Origin: Sphyrna mokarran | Lineage: Eukaryota | Reading direction: 5' to 3' | Length of the DNA stretch: 64,000 nt | Assembly: GCA_024679065.1 (NCBI GenBank) | Contig: JAGIQG010000001.1 | Location: 98,952,001-99,016,000, forward strand | Shown: positions 51,611 through 64,000 of the stretch, piece by piece | How positions within the stretch are numbered: position 1 is the first letter of the stretch | How the letters are laid out: each line of letters starts with the position of its first letter | Made by a program: the position numbers and the translations under genes | The notes under the pieces: generated by a model | What the model was told of the DNA's origin: nothing | The model's database searches: none | What the model saw: the letters and a program-made list of their open reading frames with translations, nothing else

Positions 51611-52534
51611 TATTTATTTAAATGTATGTAAACATAGGAGTGAAAGATGGTGTGAGCCCAAATTCATCGTTTGTGCCCATAACAAATAAACCTTTGTACA
51701 AGGAGTAGTGAAGCTGTTCAGACTAAGATGTTTCCAGTTTGATCTCCAATCAGTTTTAAATTATTAAGGATGATGGCCGAGAGTCAATATTTGTACTTCT
51801 GAATTAGGAAAGGGGACAACCAGCCAGAAACCTGGACCTGTCCACGGGTTTTAACTGCTTTGTGCACTTGGTCTCCATTGCTCCTCGACAGTCCCTAGTT
51901 TCTCACCATTCAGAAAATGCTCTGATTTATCTTTCTTAGGTCGAAAGAGGATGAATTCACATTTGCCACAGTTTTGCCAACTCATTTAATCCATGTCTCT
52001 TTTTAAGCTTCCTGCCACCATATGCACCACTTACAGTCCCTCATAATTTAGTGTTGTTCAGGTTGCATGTTTGGAACAAACTGAGTAGGGAATGATTTAA
52101 AACAAAACTTAGGTAAATCAACAAATAAAATTACCCATGACCTCAAGTGTCGACCCTTTGCTGAACAACATATTTATGATCTTAGGCTTCCAAAGAAGCA
52201 CAATTTTACACATCATGCTAAACTGTTTTATGGTACAGAAGTTGCTGTGATCTATATGACAACTCTGTGAATGAAAAGACTTAAAGCATGCAATACATGC
52301 AAGACTGGCATTATATTAATCAGTCTGTCTATTTTAGGTCCAAACAGAATATAAATCTTGGCTGTAAGTGTAACACATGGTCCCCATATGTGCAGCATAT
52401 AACACATTCCCACTAAGCCACAGATGCAGTCACAGTTCCTAATGGGTTGCTTTCTTAACCATCAAATGGACAACATAATTATAGGAATGCTTGAATTGGG
52501 TATGAGTATAAGGATACCCAATAATTTTTAAAAT

Positions 52535-52895
52535 TCATTTATGGGGCATGGTCATTCCTGGCTGGCTGGCATTTATTGCCCATCCCTAGTTGCCCAAGAG
52601 CAGTGGGGAGTCAACCACATTGCTGTGGTTCTGGAGTTACATATAGGCCAGACCAGGTAAGGATGGCAAATTTTCTTCCCTAAAGGACATTAGTAAACCA
52701 AATGTGTTTTTCTAACAATCGGCAATGGTTTCATGGTCATCAGTAGATTCTCAATTCCAGTTTTTTTTTATTTAATTCAAATTCTTTCACCAGCTGTAGC
52801 AGGATTCAAATACAGATCCCCAGGACCCAAGTTCAGTTTCTGGATTAATAATCTAGTGATAATATCACTAGGTTAACGCCTCTGTTGCCTTCTCC
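52535..52895 (-). mobile_element. tRNA-derived SINE of a second family
   Basis: Minus-strand head cctagtgatattatcactagattattaatccaga..ggggatctgtatttgaatcc; 3' tail gggcaactagggatgggcaataaatgcc shared with the LINE end at 45205-45230. Confidence 0.78.
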
Positions 52896-53659
52896 ACAAG
52901 TAGTCCTGTACGTTGAGACATCCATGCCAATGTTACGGGTTCCTGACATGCATGTCTCCTATGTTTATGATCCAAAGTCCTCCACTGGCTTTTCTGAGCA
53001 ACTTGTTTTTGTATATTTCTTTGGGTTACAGCCATTTGGCCTTTGGGTCTCACAGTATGAAAGCAGTTGTCAGGATAAAGGTGAAGCACCTTGCAAAGCC
53101 CATTGTATCCCAGCAGTTAGTGCATAGCACCTGGGAGGAAGGATATGACTAGTTATTTTATTCAGCAGTGATGTGTAGATATTTCTGATGGCTCCCTCTG
53201 ATTAATAGTTCTTATTAAACATGCCCCTTCTTAAACATGTAGATATTTTTGTAGAAACACAGGTAAGAATTTTATTTAAAGTTAAAAGATAAAACACATT
53301 TGAATCTAAATAAATCAAGAAATGAATTATTTATGAAGCAAGGTACTATTGTTGATACTTAACAGTGACGAGGCAGAAGGAAATTTCCTATGGCATTATG
53401 ATAGTAAACTGACAGTATGCTGGCTTGGTAACTGTCTCAAATCAGAGGACGTTTCAAATCTGTAAACATCATTTAGAATATTACCATTCATTTTTCATGC
53501 TGCTGGTTTTAGTAGTGCCAATTGTGTTAGTCACTGCAGTATTTCAATGCAGAAAAGTTGTCATGGAAAAGGAAAGGAGGAAGCCCATCTGTGCTTTTTC
53601 TGAGGGGTTAAGCTCCTTTTCACAGCAAAGAGTGGGTTCCTCACAGTACTGAGGGAGTG

Positions 53660-54256
53660 GGATCCTCATCACACCGAAGGATGGGTACCTTACCACACCG
53701 AGGGATAGGTATCTTATCACACCAAGGGACGGGTACCTCATCACACCGAGGGACGGGTACCTCATCACACCGAGGGACGGGTATCTTATCACACCGAGGG
53801 ACGGGTATCTTATCACACCGAGGGACGGGTACCTCATCACACCGAGGGACGGGTACCTCATCACACCGAGGGACGGGTACCTCATCAGACCAAGGGATGG
53901 GTACCTCATCACACCAAGGGACGGATACCTCATCACACGGAGAGACGGGTACCTCATCACACAGAGGGACGGGTACCTCATCACACTGAGGGACGGGTAT
54001 CTCATCACGCTGAGGGACAGGTACCTCATCACACCGAGAGATGGGTACCTCATCACACTGAGAGATGGGTACCTCATCACACCAAGAGATGGGTAACTCA
54101 TCACACCAAGGAACAGCTACTTTACCACACCGAGGGACGGGCAACTCATCACACTGAGGGACAGGTACCTCATCATGCTGAGGGACGGGTACCTCATCGT
54201 GCCGAGAAATGGGTACCTCATCACGCCGAGGTTCGGGCTCTTCCTGACACTGAGGG
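53660..54256. repeat. Minisatellite, 24-bp unit CCTCATCACACCGAGGGACGGGTA, about 24-25 copies
   Basis: Head-to-tail repeats with no spacers; most homogeneous at 53735-53890 and decayed at both ends. Confidence 0.97.
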
Positions 54257-54364
54257 TTCTTCATATTTGCTGATAATCAAGGATGAGTGCAGAGAATTTG
54301 TAACAAAAATTGTAAGTGTCTCAGAACTAGGAGGAGAGAGAGAGAAAGAATGTGCAAGAATAAG

Positions 54365-54640
54365 AAGTAAACCATTCAGGATGGGGAGATATTTCTTCAC
54401 CCAGAGTGTGGTGAGCCTGTGGAATTATCTATCATTGAAAACAATTGAAGCCAAAAGTTTGTATGCCTTCATGAAGGAGGTATATATAGTTCTTGGGGCA
54501 AAAGGGATCAAAGGATATGGGGGTGGGTGGGGGGATGGGAACAAGTTGTTTCATTGGATGATTAGCAATGATCATAATGAAGGATAGCCCAGGCTTGAAG
54601 GGTCAAATGGCCTAGTCCTGTTCCTATTTTCTATATTTTT
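54365..54640 (+). mobile_element. CR1 LINE 3' end
   Basis: FFTQSVVSLWN.L...IEA.S peptide in ORF 54267..54587; tail ggcttgaagggtcaaatggcctagtcctgttcctat. Confidence 0.85.
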
Positions 54641-54725
54641 GTAATGAAACTCAAAATCAGAGTTATGATGTAATTCTACCACTTTCAAAGATTTGTATAT
54701 GTGAATCCCCAAGTGTTCACTCAGT

Positions 54726-54758
54726 CCAACCCAGTCCAATGCCTGCATCTCTATATCA
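54726..54758 (+). mobile_element. 33-nt Penelope-terminus insertion with a perfect 12-bp duplication
   Basis: Insert ccaacccagtccaatgcctgcatctctatatca matches 908-936; flanked by tgttcactcagt at 54714-54725 and 54759-54770. Confidence 0.7.
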
Positions 54759-57700
54759 TGTTCACTCAGTAATCATACTATCTAGTTTATATTGCCTCTC
54801 CTCATACTTTATTCCAAAACACATCACCTTGTACTTCTTTGCAAAATTGATCATAGTGTGAATATTGTCTGAAATGGTCACAAAATTGTTCTTCCACTAG
54901 AGGAGTGGAAGAGTGGAGCCCATTCTAATGGAAAATAAACTGTCAAAAATGAAAGGAAAAGAATCAGGCCAGGGTTAAGATATTTTTGTGTAATATCTTG
55001 CACAGTCCATTTCAGAGAGGACATTGGCACCAAGATAATCACTTTCTCCATTTAAACGTCTTGGTGAATACACTGAAAATAAAAGCAGGCTTACCTGAGC
55101 CGCTGAAGCCATCAAATTCAGTTACAATCTTGCTGACTAGCAAATGAGACTGAACTCCAGAGAACAAAATAAGAGTAACCTTCAAGGTCCACTCGAGACA
55201 GTATATTACAGTGCTGGGGTTTTTACACAATAAAAACCTCAACATCTTGGTGGATGCTGCTGTGGGATAAAAATAAGGAAAAATAAACTTTCCTCAAATT
55301 AAAATCTTGGTAAAAGGTTGATTTGTCGTTATAGTGACAAGCAAAAGATATAATTTTATTTGCAGACACTATTATGGATTAGATTTATAAAGGAGTATTA
55401 ATTCTTTTGCTTCAGTGTGTGTGAATCACATACAGCTGAATTTTGCCACGAGTGTTGATAACCCTTACATTGGGGCCATTTCCTGGATGCCAATCTGCTC
55501 AAGACAGCAGCATTCCTTCCAGCTGATTTTTACATGCAGGCGGTCAAATCAGCTTTTTAATTTTAATTTAGCTTTAGTTGCACTTTCCTGCTGCCAGTCT
55601 TCAGTACAACAAGGAAGCAGATTATACTACTCCAACTTGCCTGTTGCTGAAGACCATAATCAAAGGCCACATTACCATCCAACAGCAGGAAGAACAACAC
55701 CAGTAATACTATCTGTCTTCTCCTCAGCTACACAGGGCAGATGTGAAGGGCACCAATTCCAGCTGGAGGGAGGCAGGCCCCCTCCAACACAGGGTCTACG
55801 GCCAATGAATCAGTTCTCTTGACGTACCTGAGCACCAATGCCTCAGGAACTCAGGTTCTCATAGCAGGTTGCTACTGACATCTACAGCCTCTTGCCCCTC
55901 CTTCACAGTGGACCAGGTGGGCACTGTATTAACACTGGCTGCCAAAGTGCCCATTGCTAATTCATTCTGAAGTCAGATATTGAAGTAGGAAACCTGAACC
56001 CAGTCTTTTTACTTTCTACTACCTTTATTTACAGGATGCATCACTACAGAGATCTACCTCCTCCTATGTGTCCCAGCATTGTTTCTGTATATTTGCGCAA
56101 TCAAAGCCTATTCACCTATGTACCCTTAACATTGATAATACAATAAACACACCATTAACACCTATCAACTGTGGGCATTTTCTCCCCACCCCCGCTGAGA
56201 TCTCTCTCTCTTGCAAGTTGTATCCACACTTCGCCTGCAAGGAGAAAAGAGGTGACAGTGTTCAGCCTGCCCAGGTCACCTCTTCATGTGTGTGGCTCTT
56301 GCAATAGGTGATCTAAATGCTGGTGAACTGCTTTGATCCATATCACAGTCCCTTTAAACAGAAATCTTTCCTTTGGCAGAAAGGATGTCCCATCTTGCCT
56401 TCTCCCCCTGATTGTTTAGAGAAGCTGATAGTAGGATGTGAATGCTGTGGCTGAGTTAAAAAGCTTTGGCAAAGCTAGCCCATCAGTTAATTGGGTTCCT
56501 GACTGGAAAATAGTCCTGCTGTTCTGTCAATGACTAAGCCCAGATGATTTCATCACTGAATCTGCATGAAGGCAGTTACTTATCTAACATGCTCAAACTG
56601 CACTTTAATGTATGGGGTTTTCACCTATCAATCAATGTCAAATGAATTGTGTGGCTTTACTATAATGTCAATCTAGATAGCACAATATTTAATGTGATCA
56701 GTCCAAATCCTCTACTCAACTCTTAGGTTTCATTTATATTGGTGCTCTACATTCTGCAATGCAGTTGGTACTTCTGTCAGTCAGATACAATTTTATTAAC
56801 TCTCATGACATTGAATGACATTGTTGTTTAACTTGGTAATTCCACATTTGTTTAATTATTATACCAATCAAACACAGGAAAGACAGAAATGCCACTCAAG
56901 AAGCGATACATATTAGAAAATGACATAGTTCATTAATTTCAAGGCTTATCACACTATTCTTTTCCGTTATATTGTTCTGTGAATTATTTCTCCAAAATCT
57001 TATACTTAATCAGCAACTTCATGCCTGTTTTCATCTGCCAACTTCCCCCATTCCCTTTCTCTGCAAGATATCTGGATCTTCTCTAATCCCCACCTGGGAA
57101 AGACAACTTCACATGAATACATTTTTATAGCAAGAGTTTACAGGACCCAGTGTACTCAGAAAATCTGGAGAAAAGAATGTCTGTGTGCAAATTTGTTATG
57201 TGGATATTTCAGTAAAAATAATGTAAAAAAAGAGATGACTTAACAAGTATATATCATGTGTAATAAATGATTAACTGCTCCATGTATTTAGACATGTTCA
57301 AATTGAAGATAAAGAGAGCGTGGGGTATGAATGATGCTGGTCAGATACTATTTATTGCCCATCCCTAATTGCATTCAGTAGGCGGTGGTGGAACTCCTTC
57401 TTCAACGATTGCAGTCCTTGGTGCTGATGCTTCTCCCCCAGTGATGTTAGATAAGCAATTGCAGGAGTTTGACCAGTGATAATGCACCCCATATTTCATT
57501 GGACAAAAAGAAATAGTGAAAGTGATGTTATGGGTGACTGAAGAATTCTGTGAAACTGTCTCATGGAATCCATCCATTTGGCACAGAAAGCTAGCTCCAA
57601 AGAAAGAGACTGAATCTATTTCATTTGCGAAGGCTTAATTAAAACAAAATGTTGCAAAGTACAAGAGTAATTTACAAGCAAATGCTTATTACAAAACATT

Positions 57701-60700
57701 CTGATCTATAGATTCACTGAGGTAAATATTTACATCCTCCACTCCCATCACAAATTTGATGACAGCACAGATTGGACTATTGTCTATGGAGATCAAAGCA
57801 CCTGATCTGTAGCTGTCCCAAATTTCAGCACATTCATTTTCCAGACTGTAAAGACAAAATATTTAATTGATCTTTTTCTGCTAACCTGCTGGTGATTCAA
57901 CAAATTATCCAGACACTACCTTAATCCTAAGATTCTGTCATCATTTCCTATCCCACGTTGAGCTAGATAAGCTCAGCCAGGCTGCTAGTAAGCAAGTGAC
58001 ATTTGATTTTGTGTTGTCCGAACAGAGAGTAAGATATCAGTTGGAGAATCTTAGCCTCACTGCTACCCAGTCCTATACTGGAGATATACACATATGGTAA
58101 GCATTGAGTTGAGCTTGCTTTGGTGTCTCCTCCTCCTTACAGAGATGATTTGCCTGCCAAGACACATACATAAATCATGGTAATTTGAACAAGTACCCAT
58201 GGGACAATGCTTCTTCAGGGCAGAACAGGAAGGGGTAAAATGATACATATAACGCATGAGAGAAGTGTACTAAAACATGGCCTGAATTTCACACTTGGCA
58301 TCTGCATGAAGTTGGCAGGTCCACAAGTGGATGTAGAATTTGCCTCTGGGCGAGAACAGATTTTCAACACCATTTCACGCTGAATGGCCTATTAAGGCCT
58401 GTTCAGTTTAATATGTGTCTTCTGATTGGGCTGACAGCAAGGACTGAGGCGGAATAGAGTCTGGTGCTGGGTCCAATTGTATTCCCAATGATTCTGATAA
58501 TCCCTGTTAAATTTCCAGTGGAAAGACAGACAATCCCACAACATGGAAATGAATTTAATGTTAATATTATGGTTTTTTAGGTAATAAACTGCTCCTGACT
58601 AAATCCTTCATTGATCTCAAAGTCTTTGTATATATTAGCTCTGAAATAAGCCTTGAAAATTTACAGGTCCAGCCCAGCATTTGTCCCTTATCCAAATAAA
58701 CTATGTGGCAGCAGTGAGAAAGCTGTGAGTGGGGGAGAGGGAAAGAGTTGGGGAGTTGTGTATGACAGGAGGACGGGAGTTCTCTTCATCTACTTACATC
58801 AGTGAAGAAAGAAATAAATTATAAATAAGCATTTCTCCAGCAGCTTTCAACATCTCCTAGAGTGCCTCACCGTTTTTTAAAGTAAGATAATGTACTAAAT
58901 GTGCTGGCCAGCCACTTTGTGCACAGCAAACTCCAATAGACAGCAACGTTGGATTTGTTATATCCATCTGAGAGGAGAGACATGGTCTCAGGTTAACATC
59001 TCTCCTGAACACTGGCACCACATACAGTGTAGCACTCTCTCAGGACTGCAGTGGGACTGTAAATCCATGTGCTCAGCGCTCAGGAATAGGATTCAAATCC
59101 ATAAACTAGTGAACTCCAGAGAACTGAATGCTCCAAAATGGTAGACACGTACACCATCGAGGGTGCATCTGGTCTGCCTACTATTGCAGCAGCTCGGCAC
59201 TGCCTGGCTAAGGATGCAGCTAAGGCTTGTGGCAACTGTGGAGAGGGAGGAACTGAGGAGGCGCTAGTGGGGGTCGCAAATAAGTATGGTTATTCCCTTT
59301 TGTTGGTGAATTCTTACTAAAAAAAATATTTTGTAATGATATTGGGATTTGGTCATATTCTACATCTATTGCTGGGTCATAATGAATTTGGTGCTCAGAC
59401 AGCCCCTACCCTCAGCTCAAATCAACCTCTTCTCCCATGTAAGTACAGTGCCAATATGCCAAATGGCCATGGATTTTTAAGTCTAAAAGCTTTTGAAAAT
59501 ATCAATATTTGTGCAGGCTGATCCATTTTGTTGGAACTTTTGGCACAGGTTTGTTGGTGAATCAACATCAAAACCTGAGGCAATCAAAAGGAAATTTGCC
59601 AAAATTAGGAAATGTGACAGCAGCAAAATCACAAATAAAATGAGAAAGTTTGTCCTCCCGGAGCCTTTTGATCTGCTCTTGGTTGAGAAAATTAATAAAA
59701 TTATACTGCCCCCCTGCCCCTTTTGCCTGTGCAATGAACATAAAATCTCATGGGTAACTTAAAATCATGGTCAATAAGCTTTTAATGGTTTTAATTGACT
59801 CTTTAATTGTCAGCTCCAACTCCCGCACACGTCTGCCAATCTCAATAGTTAATGCATGCGCGGTGACATTAGGATGCATGCCTGATGTGATCTCATGCAA
59901 TTTTACATATATTTGAGTTGGGCACGTGCACTGTAGAGTGCTGCAAAATTCTAGCCCACTGTACCCTAACTCCACCTCTGGAATTATTCAAAAGCCAAAG
60001 TTATTCTTTAGAACTGAACAGTCAAGGGATGTGAAAACATGATAAATCCCAAGTGAGCTCCACGTTGCAGTTTTTACCGCTGCACTCGTTCCTTTTCAGA
60101 TGTTACACTCTGCAAAGAACAAGAAATCATTTTATTGAATCTATAACCTAACCCCTTCATTCTGCTGTTACAAAGCGCTTCCCGATGTGGCCAAGTCAGT
60201 CCCTCAGCTCCCCGACCAAAAGGGCTAGAATGAGCCTCAGCTTGTCATATTTCAGACACTTGTGGAATATTTCTGAAATTGGGAATAAACGCCTATTAGT
60301 GAGATGTAACCCTATGATATAAGAGAGATGGAAGATAGAAGTACACCATGACCACTTAAAGAAATGAAAACCAGATGCTTTTATAAGCTGAGTGCTCCAG
60401 AGATCATAGCCTTTCAGCAATTTCTCAACAATCAGCATAAGTTATTTCTCATCCAAATCCATTTCTCTGTATTCAGCTCCTTTCTACTCGCTAACACTAT
60501 TTTTGCACTGTATACTGACAGCAGCAGAGTTATGGAGTTGCAGAGACAGACATATTAAAAGGACGAGGGGTTGAAAAGTCTTGGGGCGTTTTATTTTGTT
60601 TCCTTATTTTTTAAACCTTCAACTTTGCTGTTTTTAAGTACTTTAATCAAGCGCCTGCCTTGTTAAAACTGCTTTTTGCCCATTCTTTCGCTGCTGCATT

Positions 60701-63149
60701 GTGAATGACGTTCTAAACATCACAGCTCCTTGTTGCCCTCTCGAGCATATCATTCATAATATGAACTGCCCTCTATTTTCACAGGAATATAAATTTCAAT
60801 TTGTGATGCAAATTTTACAAATCTGAGGAAAAGAACATGTCACTCATTAGAAAAAGCAGACGTTTTATTTGCCCTGCAGCGCTGTGAAAATGTATCTTGT
60901 TTATTTTACAGAACTCTTGTTGTTCCTTTCAATGAGCAAATGTTGTTGATCAGAAAGTATCTCCAAATTATACTAAATAACTAGAGGGGAAAATAAAATG
61001 CACCCTGTTCAAAACATGGCTGTCACTGGATGCATTCACTCAGTTTGGTGATTTTTCTCCACTGCGATTTGTATTAATATAACAACATAGGTAGCAAAAG
61101 GAAAGTAGGATAAAGGTTTCAAGAGGCAGAATCTGCAACGCGTTCATCAAAATATCATTTTCATTTCATAAGATGCTATCATCTTTGCAGTCAATGTGCA
61201 TTCACTTTTTAGGAGAGCAGCATCCGTACAATACACTCTTACTTTCACACTGACAGTGAGGAGTTGTACTGGCTGGGCTCTGCTTTTACATGGAGTTCAA
61301 TAGACAATAAACAGATGAGGTCGACTTCCAGTTAGTGCACTATTATCCCAGCTCCATTGCCCAGCTGGGAGTATCCGAAAAAAATCTACAATTCAATGAT
61401 TCCATTGGGTTGAGGGAATCTTCGCAGATGTAATGCAGGGTTCTCGCCACTGGCTGCACTCATCAGAAATGTTTATACTGCACTGCTGCAGTGCCAGTGT
61501 CATTTGTGTCTCTATATGTAGCTGAGAACCACTAAAGGACTCTTGTCGGGTACTTCTGAGGCTGGGCAACAGGCTGTCATGGGTGCATGTGTTAGGAATG
61601 CCATGGAATGTATCAGCCTCGTATCTCAGGGGCTAAAGATACTGCATTGCAGTATAAAACTGTTTTTTTAGTGTAAAAATCACATGCAATATTGCTATTG
61701 TTACAAAAGAGAAGTAGCCTGGGTGTGGAGGGTCAGGAGTAGGGGAGTGAGGGGGAGAGACTGCTTATTGCAGTGGGTTAGCATAACCATATTACTATTG
61801 GTCTTCAGCTTTGAATTCCACACCAAAACTGAGAAATCTACTTTAAACGAAGGGAAGGAAACTGGGAGTTACAGCTCAGTTCCAATTGTGAATCTATAGT
61901 AGAAAATGGTTTTGCATTTGCCAACCAATTAAGACTATAATGGACATAAAAATATCGTCCTAAAGATAAAGGGTTTTATTGGGAAGAGATCAAGGGAGGC
62001 ACAGTCTTGCCTTGCAGAAAAGAAAAATCTTTTGACTCTCTGTCAATCCCTATCCACACCTTCAAACCGTAACCTAGCTAATAATGCCCATTTTGCAACT
62101 TCTCAGGTAAGGTCCATAATTGCTGGACTATTTATTCTAAATATCTGAAGGGCAGCTGTGAGTAGGATCCCGGTGTAAATGCAGGATTATGGCCTGTGGA
62201 ATTTTGGCCCATTGTTGGGTAAGGACAGAGTGACATTTAATCTGAATACAGGCACGTTATAATGACAATAGTCAGTGTTCCAGCTTGACATTTATTGGAA
62301 AAACAATAGAAAGTTCTTAATTTTGTCTTATTTTGAGTACATAAAAATCAGAAGGAGCATTAAATTAAGAAAATGTTGTGAAAAAATCTGATAGTTAATG
62401 CTTAGAAGAATATCTTGCATTTAAATACCATGAAAAGCACATAAAACACTGAAAACCTGTGACTTTCAGGAGCTGACTGCAAAAGCTGAACAACTTATTA
62501 ACTAATGATAGTAAATCCAATCTCAATACAAAGATAACAAATGATGCAACTTGTCAGTAGTGTTGAGGGGAAGCCAAGTAAGTATTTGAGGGAAAAAGGA
62601 ATAAGACGGCAGTAAGCAATTGTGTGGAGCATAAACACAGGTCTGTACCAGTTGATTTCAACAATGTAATTTCTATGTTCTAACACTGTGGCTTGATCTT
62701 GTGAAAGCAATCTTCAATTACAACAAATCTGACACGAGTTGAAAACTACAACATTCAGTAGTAACATGTTAATCTTTATGCATGATTTTCAGCAGAATGT
62801 CAGGAAACCACCATCAATCCTATCTTCCTACAAGATGAGCTCAACAATGGCCTCTGTTTCACCTTCCACACTCCTAATGCAGAGCTCTGTGCACTGGATG
62901 CTCATGTCAAAGAAGCAGATATGTATCTAATTTGCAGCACCAATTAACTTGCAAACTTGCAAACCCCCCATTAACTTGAACTTGAATACTTAAAAGGAGT
63001 CATTTTAAAATGAGGCCTGCTAGGGTTAAGAAGCTGCCGTATCCACTGGCAGAAAATATTGAATATTTATGAAGAATATTTTTGCCCATGATTTTAATGA
63101 TCAGAACATCATGGATAGTATGGATAGTGGGAGCAGGATAGTATGAACA

Positions 63150-63420
63150 TAGCCTTCATGTTCATAAAGGAATCCAGGAACCTAAGTCCCAATGGATACC
63201 CAATGACTTTGCTGGGCAATTGCATAACAGAAAATTTCAACTTATTTCCCATCCCTTCACTCCACGATTGTAGAATTAGCAGACTTTTAGTCAAGTTTTG
63301 CAGAATGAACAACCTGCACTTGGGTAAAGTCCTAAAGGAAGATTTGTACCAGTAGATCTTCACTCCAGTACCTTTTGAAAGGCGAGGGGAAACATGCTCA
63401 GTTGCTAGATTGTTTTATCA
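63150..63420 (+). mobile_element. Possible highly decayed Gypsy-type RT remnant
   Basis: FPIPSLHDC followed by a weak L.K..L....YQ segment, resembling the Gypsy (Y/F)PIPRIDDC..LDL..GY.Q motif. Confidence 0.3.
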
Positions 63421-63539
63421 GTGATAAGAATTTTCCATTTCTGCCACCTCCTCAATGATCCCATAATCATACTTCCTTTCTTTTCTGCCTTAAAAGGTCT
63501 GGTTCTCCCATGATAGCCAGATGATACAAAGACTGCCCA

Positions 63540-63870
63540 TTTACCTCAATCTGCATTGTAATCCAGGGCCTCAAACACTCTGACTATGATGATCACTATT
63601 TATAATGCTCACAGTGAATCCAATCTAGAATATCTCACCAAATATTTCTTTCCTGCTCCCACAGTTACCTCTGATGTCCCTCAAGGATCCATCTTTGGTC
63701 TCTTCCTACTTCTTTTCCATATCATCTGAAAACACAGCAGTTCCCAGATCTACATAAGATAAGAACACAAGAACTAAGAGCAGGAGGAGGCCATCTGGCT
63801 CTTCGAGCCTGCTCTACCATTCAGTAAGATCATGGCTGATCTTTTTGTGGACTCAGCTCCACTTACTCAT
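63540..63870. mobile_element. L2 RT fragment (plus) abutting a CR1 3' end (minus)
   Basis: tctgatgtccctcaaggatccatctttggtc (VPQGSI.G-like), then taagaacacaagaactaagagcaggaggaggccat..cttcgagcctgctctaccattcagtaagatcatggctgatc. Confidence 0.7.
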
Positions 63871-64000
63871 AACCCATAACTCGGGGAACTCCTGCTCTCT
63901 TACCACCTGTCAACAGGCATATTGGAAGGATGTAAAGGTTAATGATTAACCTATTTGGCCATGTTATAAACACTCAGTGATTCTATGAACCTAATTTGAT

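Noticed and set aside
53544-54264. Long ORFs (186, 207 and 110 aa) and a superficially CRISPR-like repeat array
   Set aside because: These are products of a 24-bp tandem repeat whose length is a multiple of 3. There are no unique spacers, no cas genes, and the context is a vertebrate intron.
60078-60109. Minus-strand pseudo-exon (TTCTTTGCAG ... GCG|GTAAAA)
   Set aside because: It is 32 nt, which breaks the frame, has a weak donor and shows no Slit-like peptide.
24323-64000. slit2 exon 4 or a nested protein-coding gene in the right 40 kb
   Set aside because: I did not see an RLNRN-type LRR exon or any convincing non-TE coding sequence by eye. This fits the very long intron 4 known in SLIT2, though a small exon could have been missed.
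1-64000. miR-218 hairpin
   Set aside because: I did not see the mature sequence TTGTGCTTGATCTAACCATGT on either strand; it is known from a more 3' Slit2/Slit3 intron, outside this window.

Overview
Eukaryotic, AT-rich, repeat-dense vertebrate DNA. The SINE, CR1 and Penelope repeat types point to an elasmobranch (shark); the species cannot be fixed from sequence alone. The whole window lies inside a minus-strand slit2 gene. I can reconstruct five canonical coding exons, equivalent to mammalian SLIT2 exons 5-9: 24251-24322, 12867-12938, 10304-10375, 8718-8881 and 6039-6183. They splice in frame with GT-AG boundaries and encode the end of LRR domain D1 and the start of D2. Everything right of 24322 is part of the very long intron 4. 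The best hidden signal is a 12-nt frame-preserving microexon (7755-7766, adding D-E-N-K) with a non-canonical GC donor and a UGC/branch-point layout typical of neural microexons. The introns carry CR1, L2, Rex1/Babar, Vingi-like and Penelope-like retroelements, tRNA-derived SINEs, short TIR elements and a 24-bp minisatellite. They also contain a recurring class of fold-back Penelope-end elements with decayed hammerhead-ribozyme cores and 11-14 bp target duplications. Other candidates are an internal TATA/Inr/donor promoter unit, a sense-strand hairpin and several TE-free enhancer-like blocks. Family names and comparisons with other species come from recalled consensus knowledge, not database searches. 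I found no prokaryote-type system such as CRISPR or an operon.
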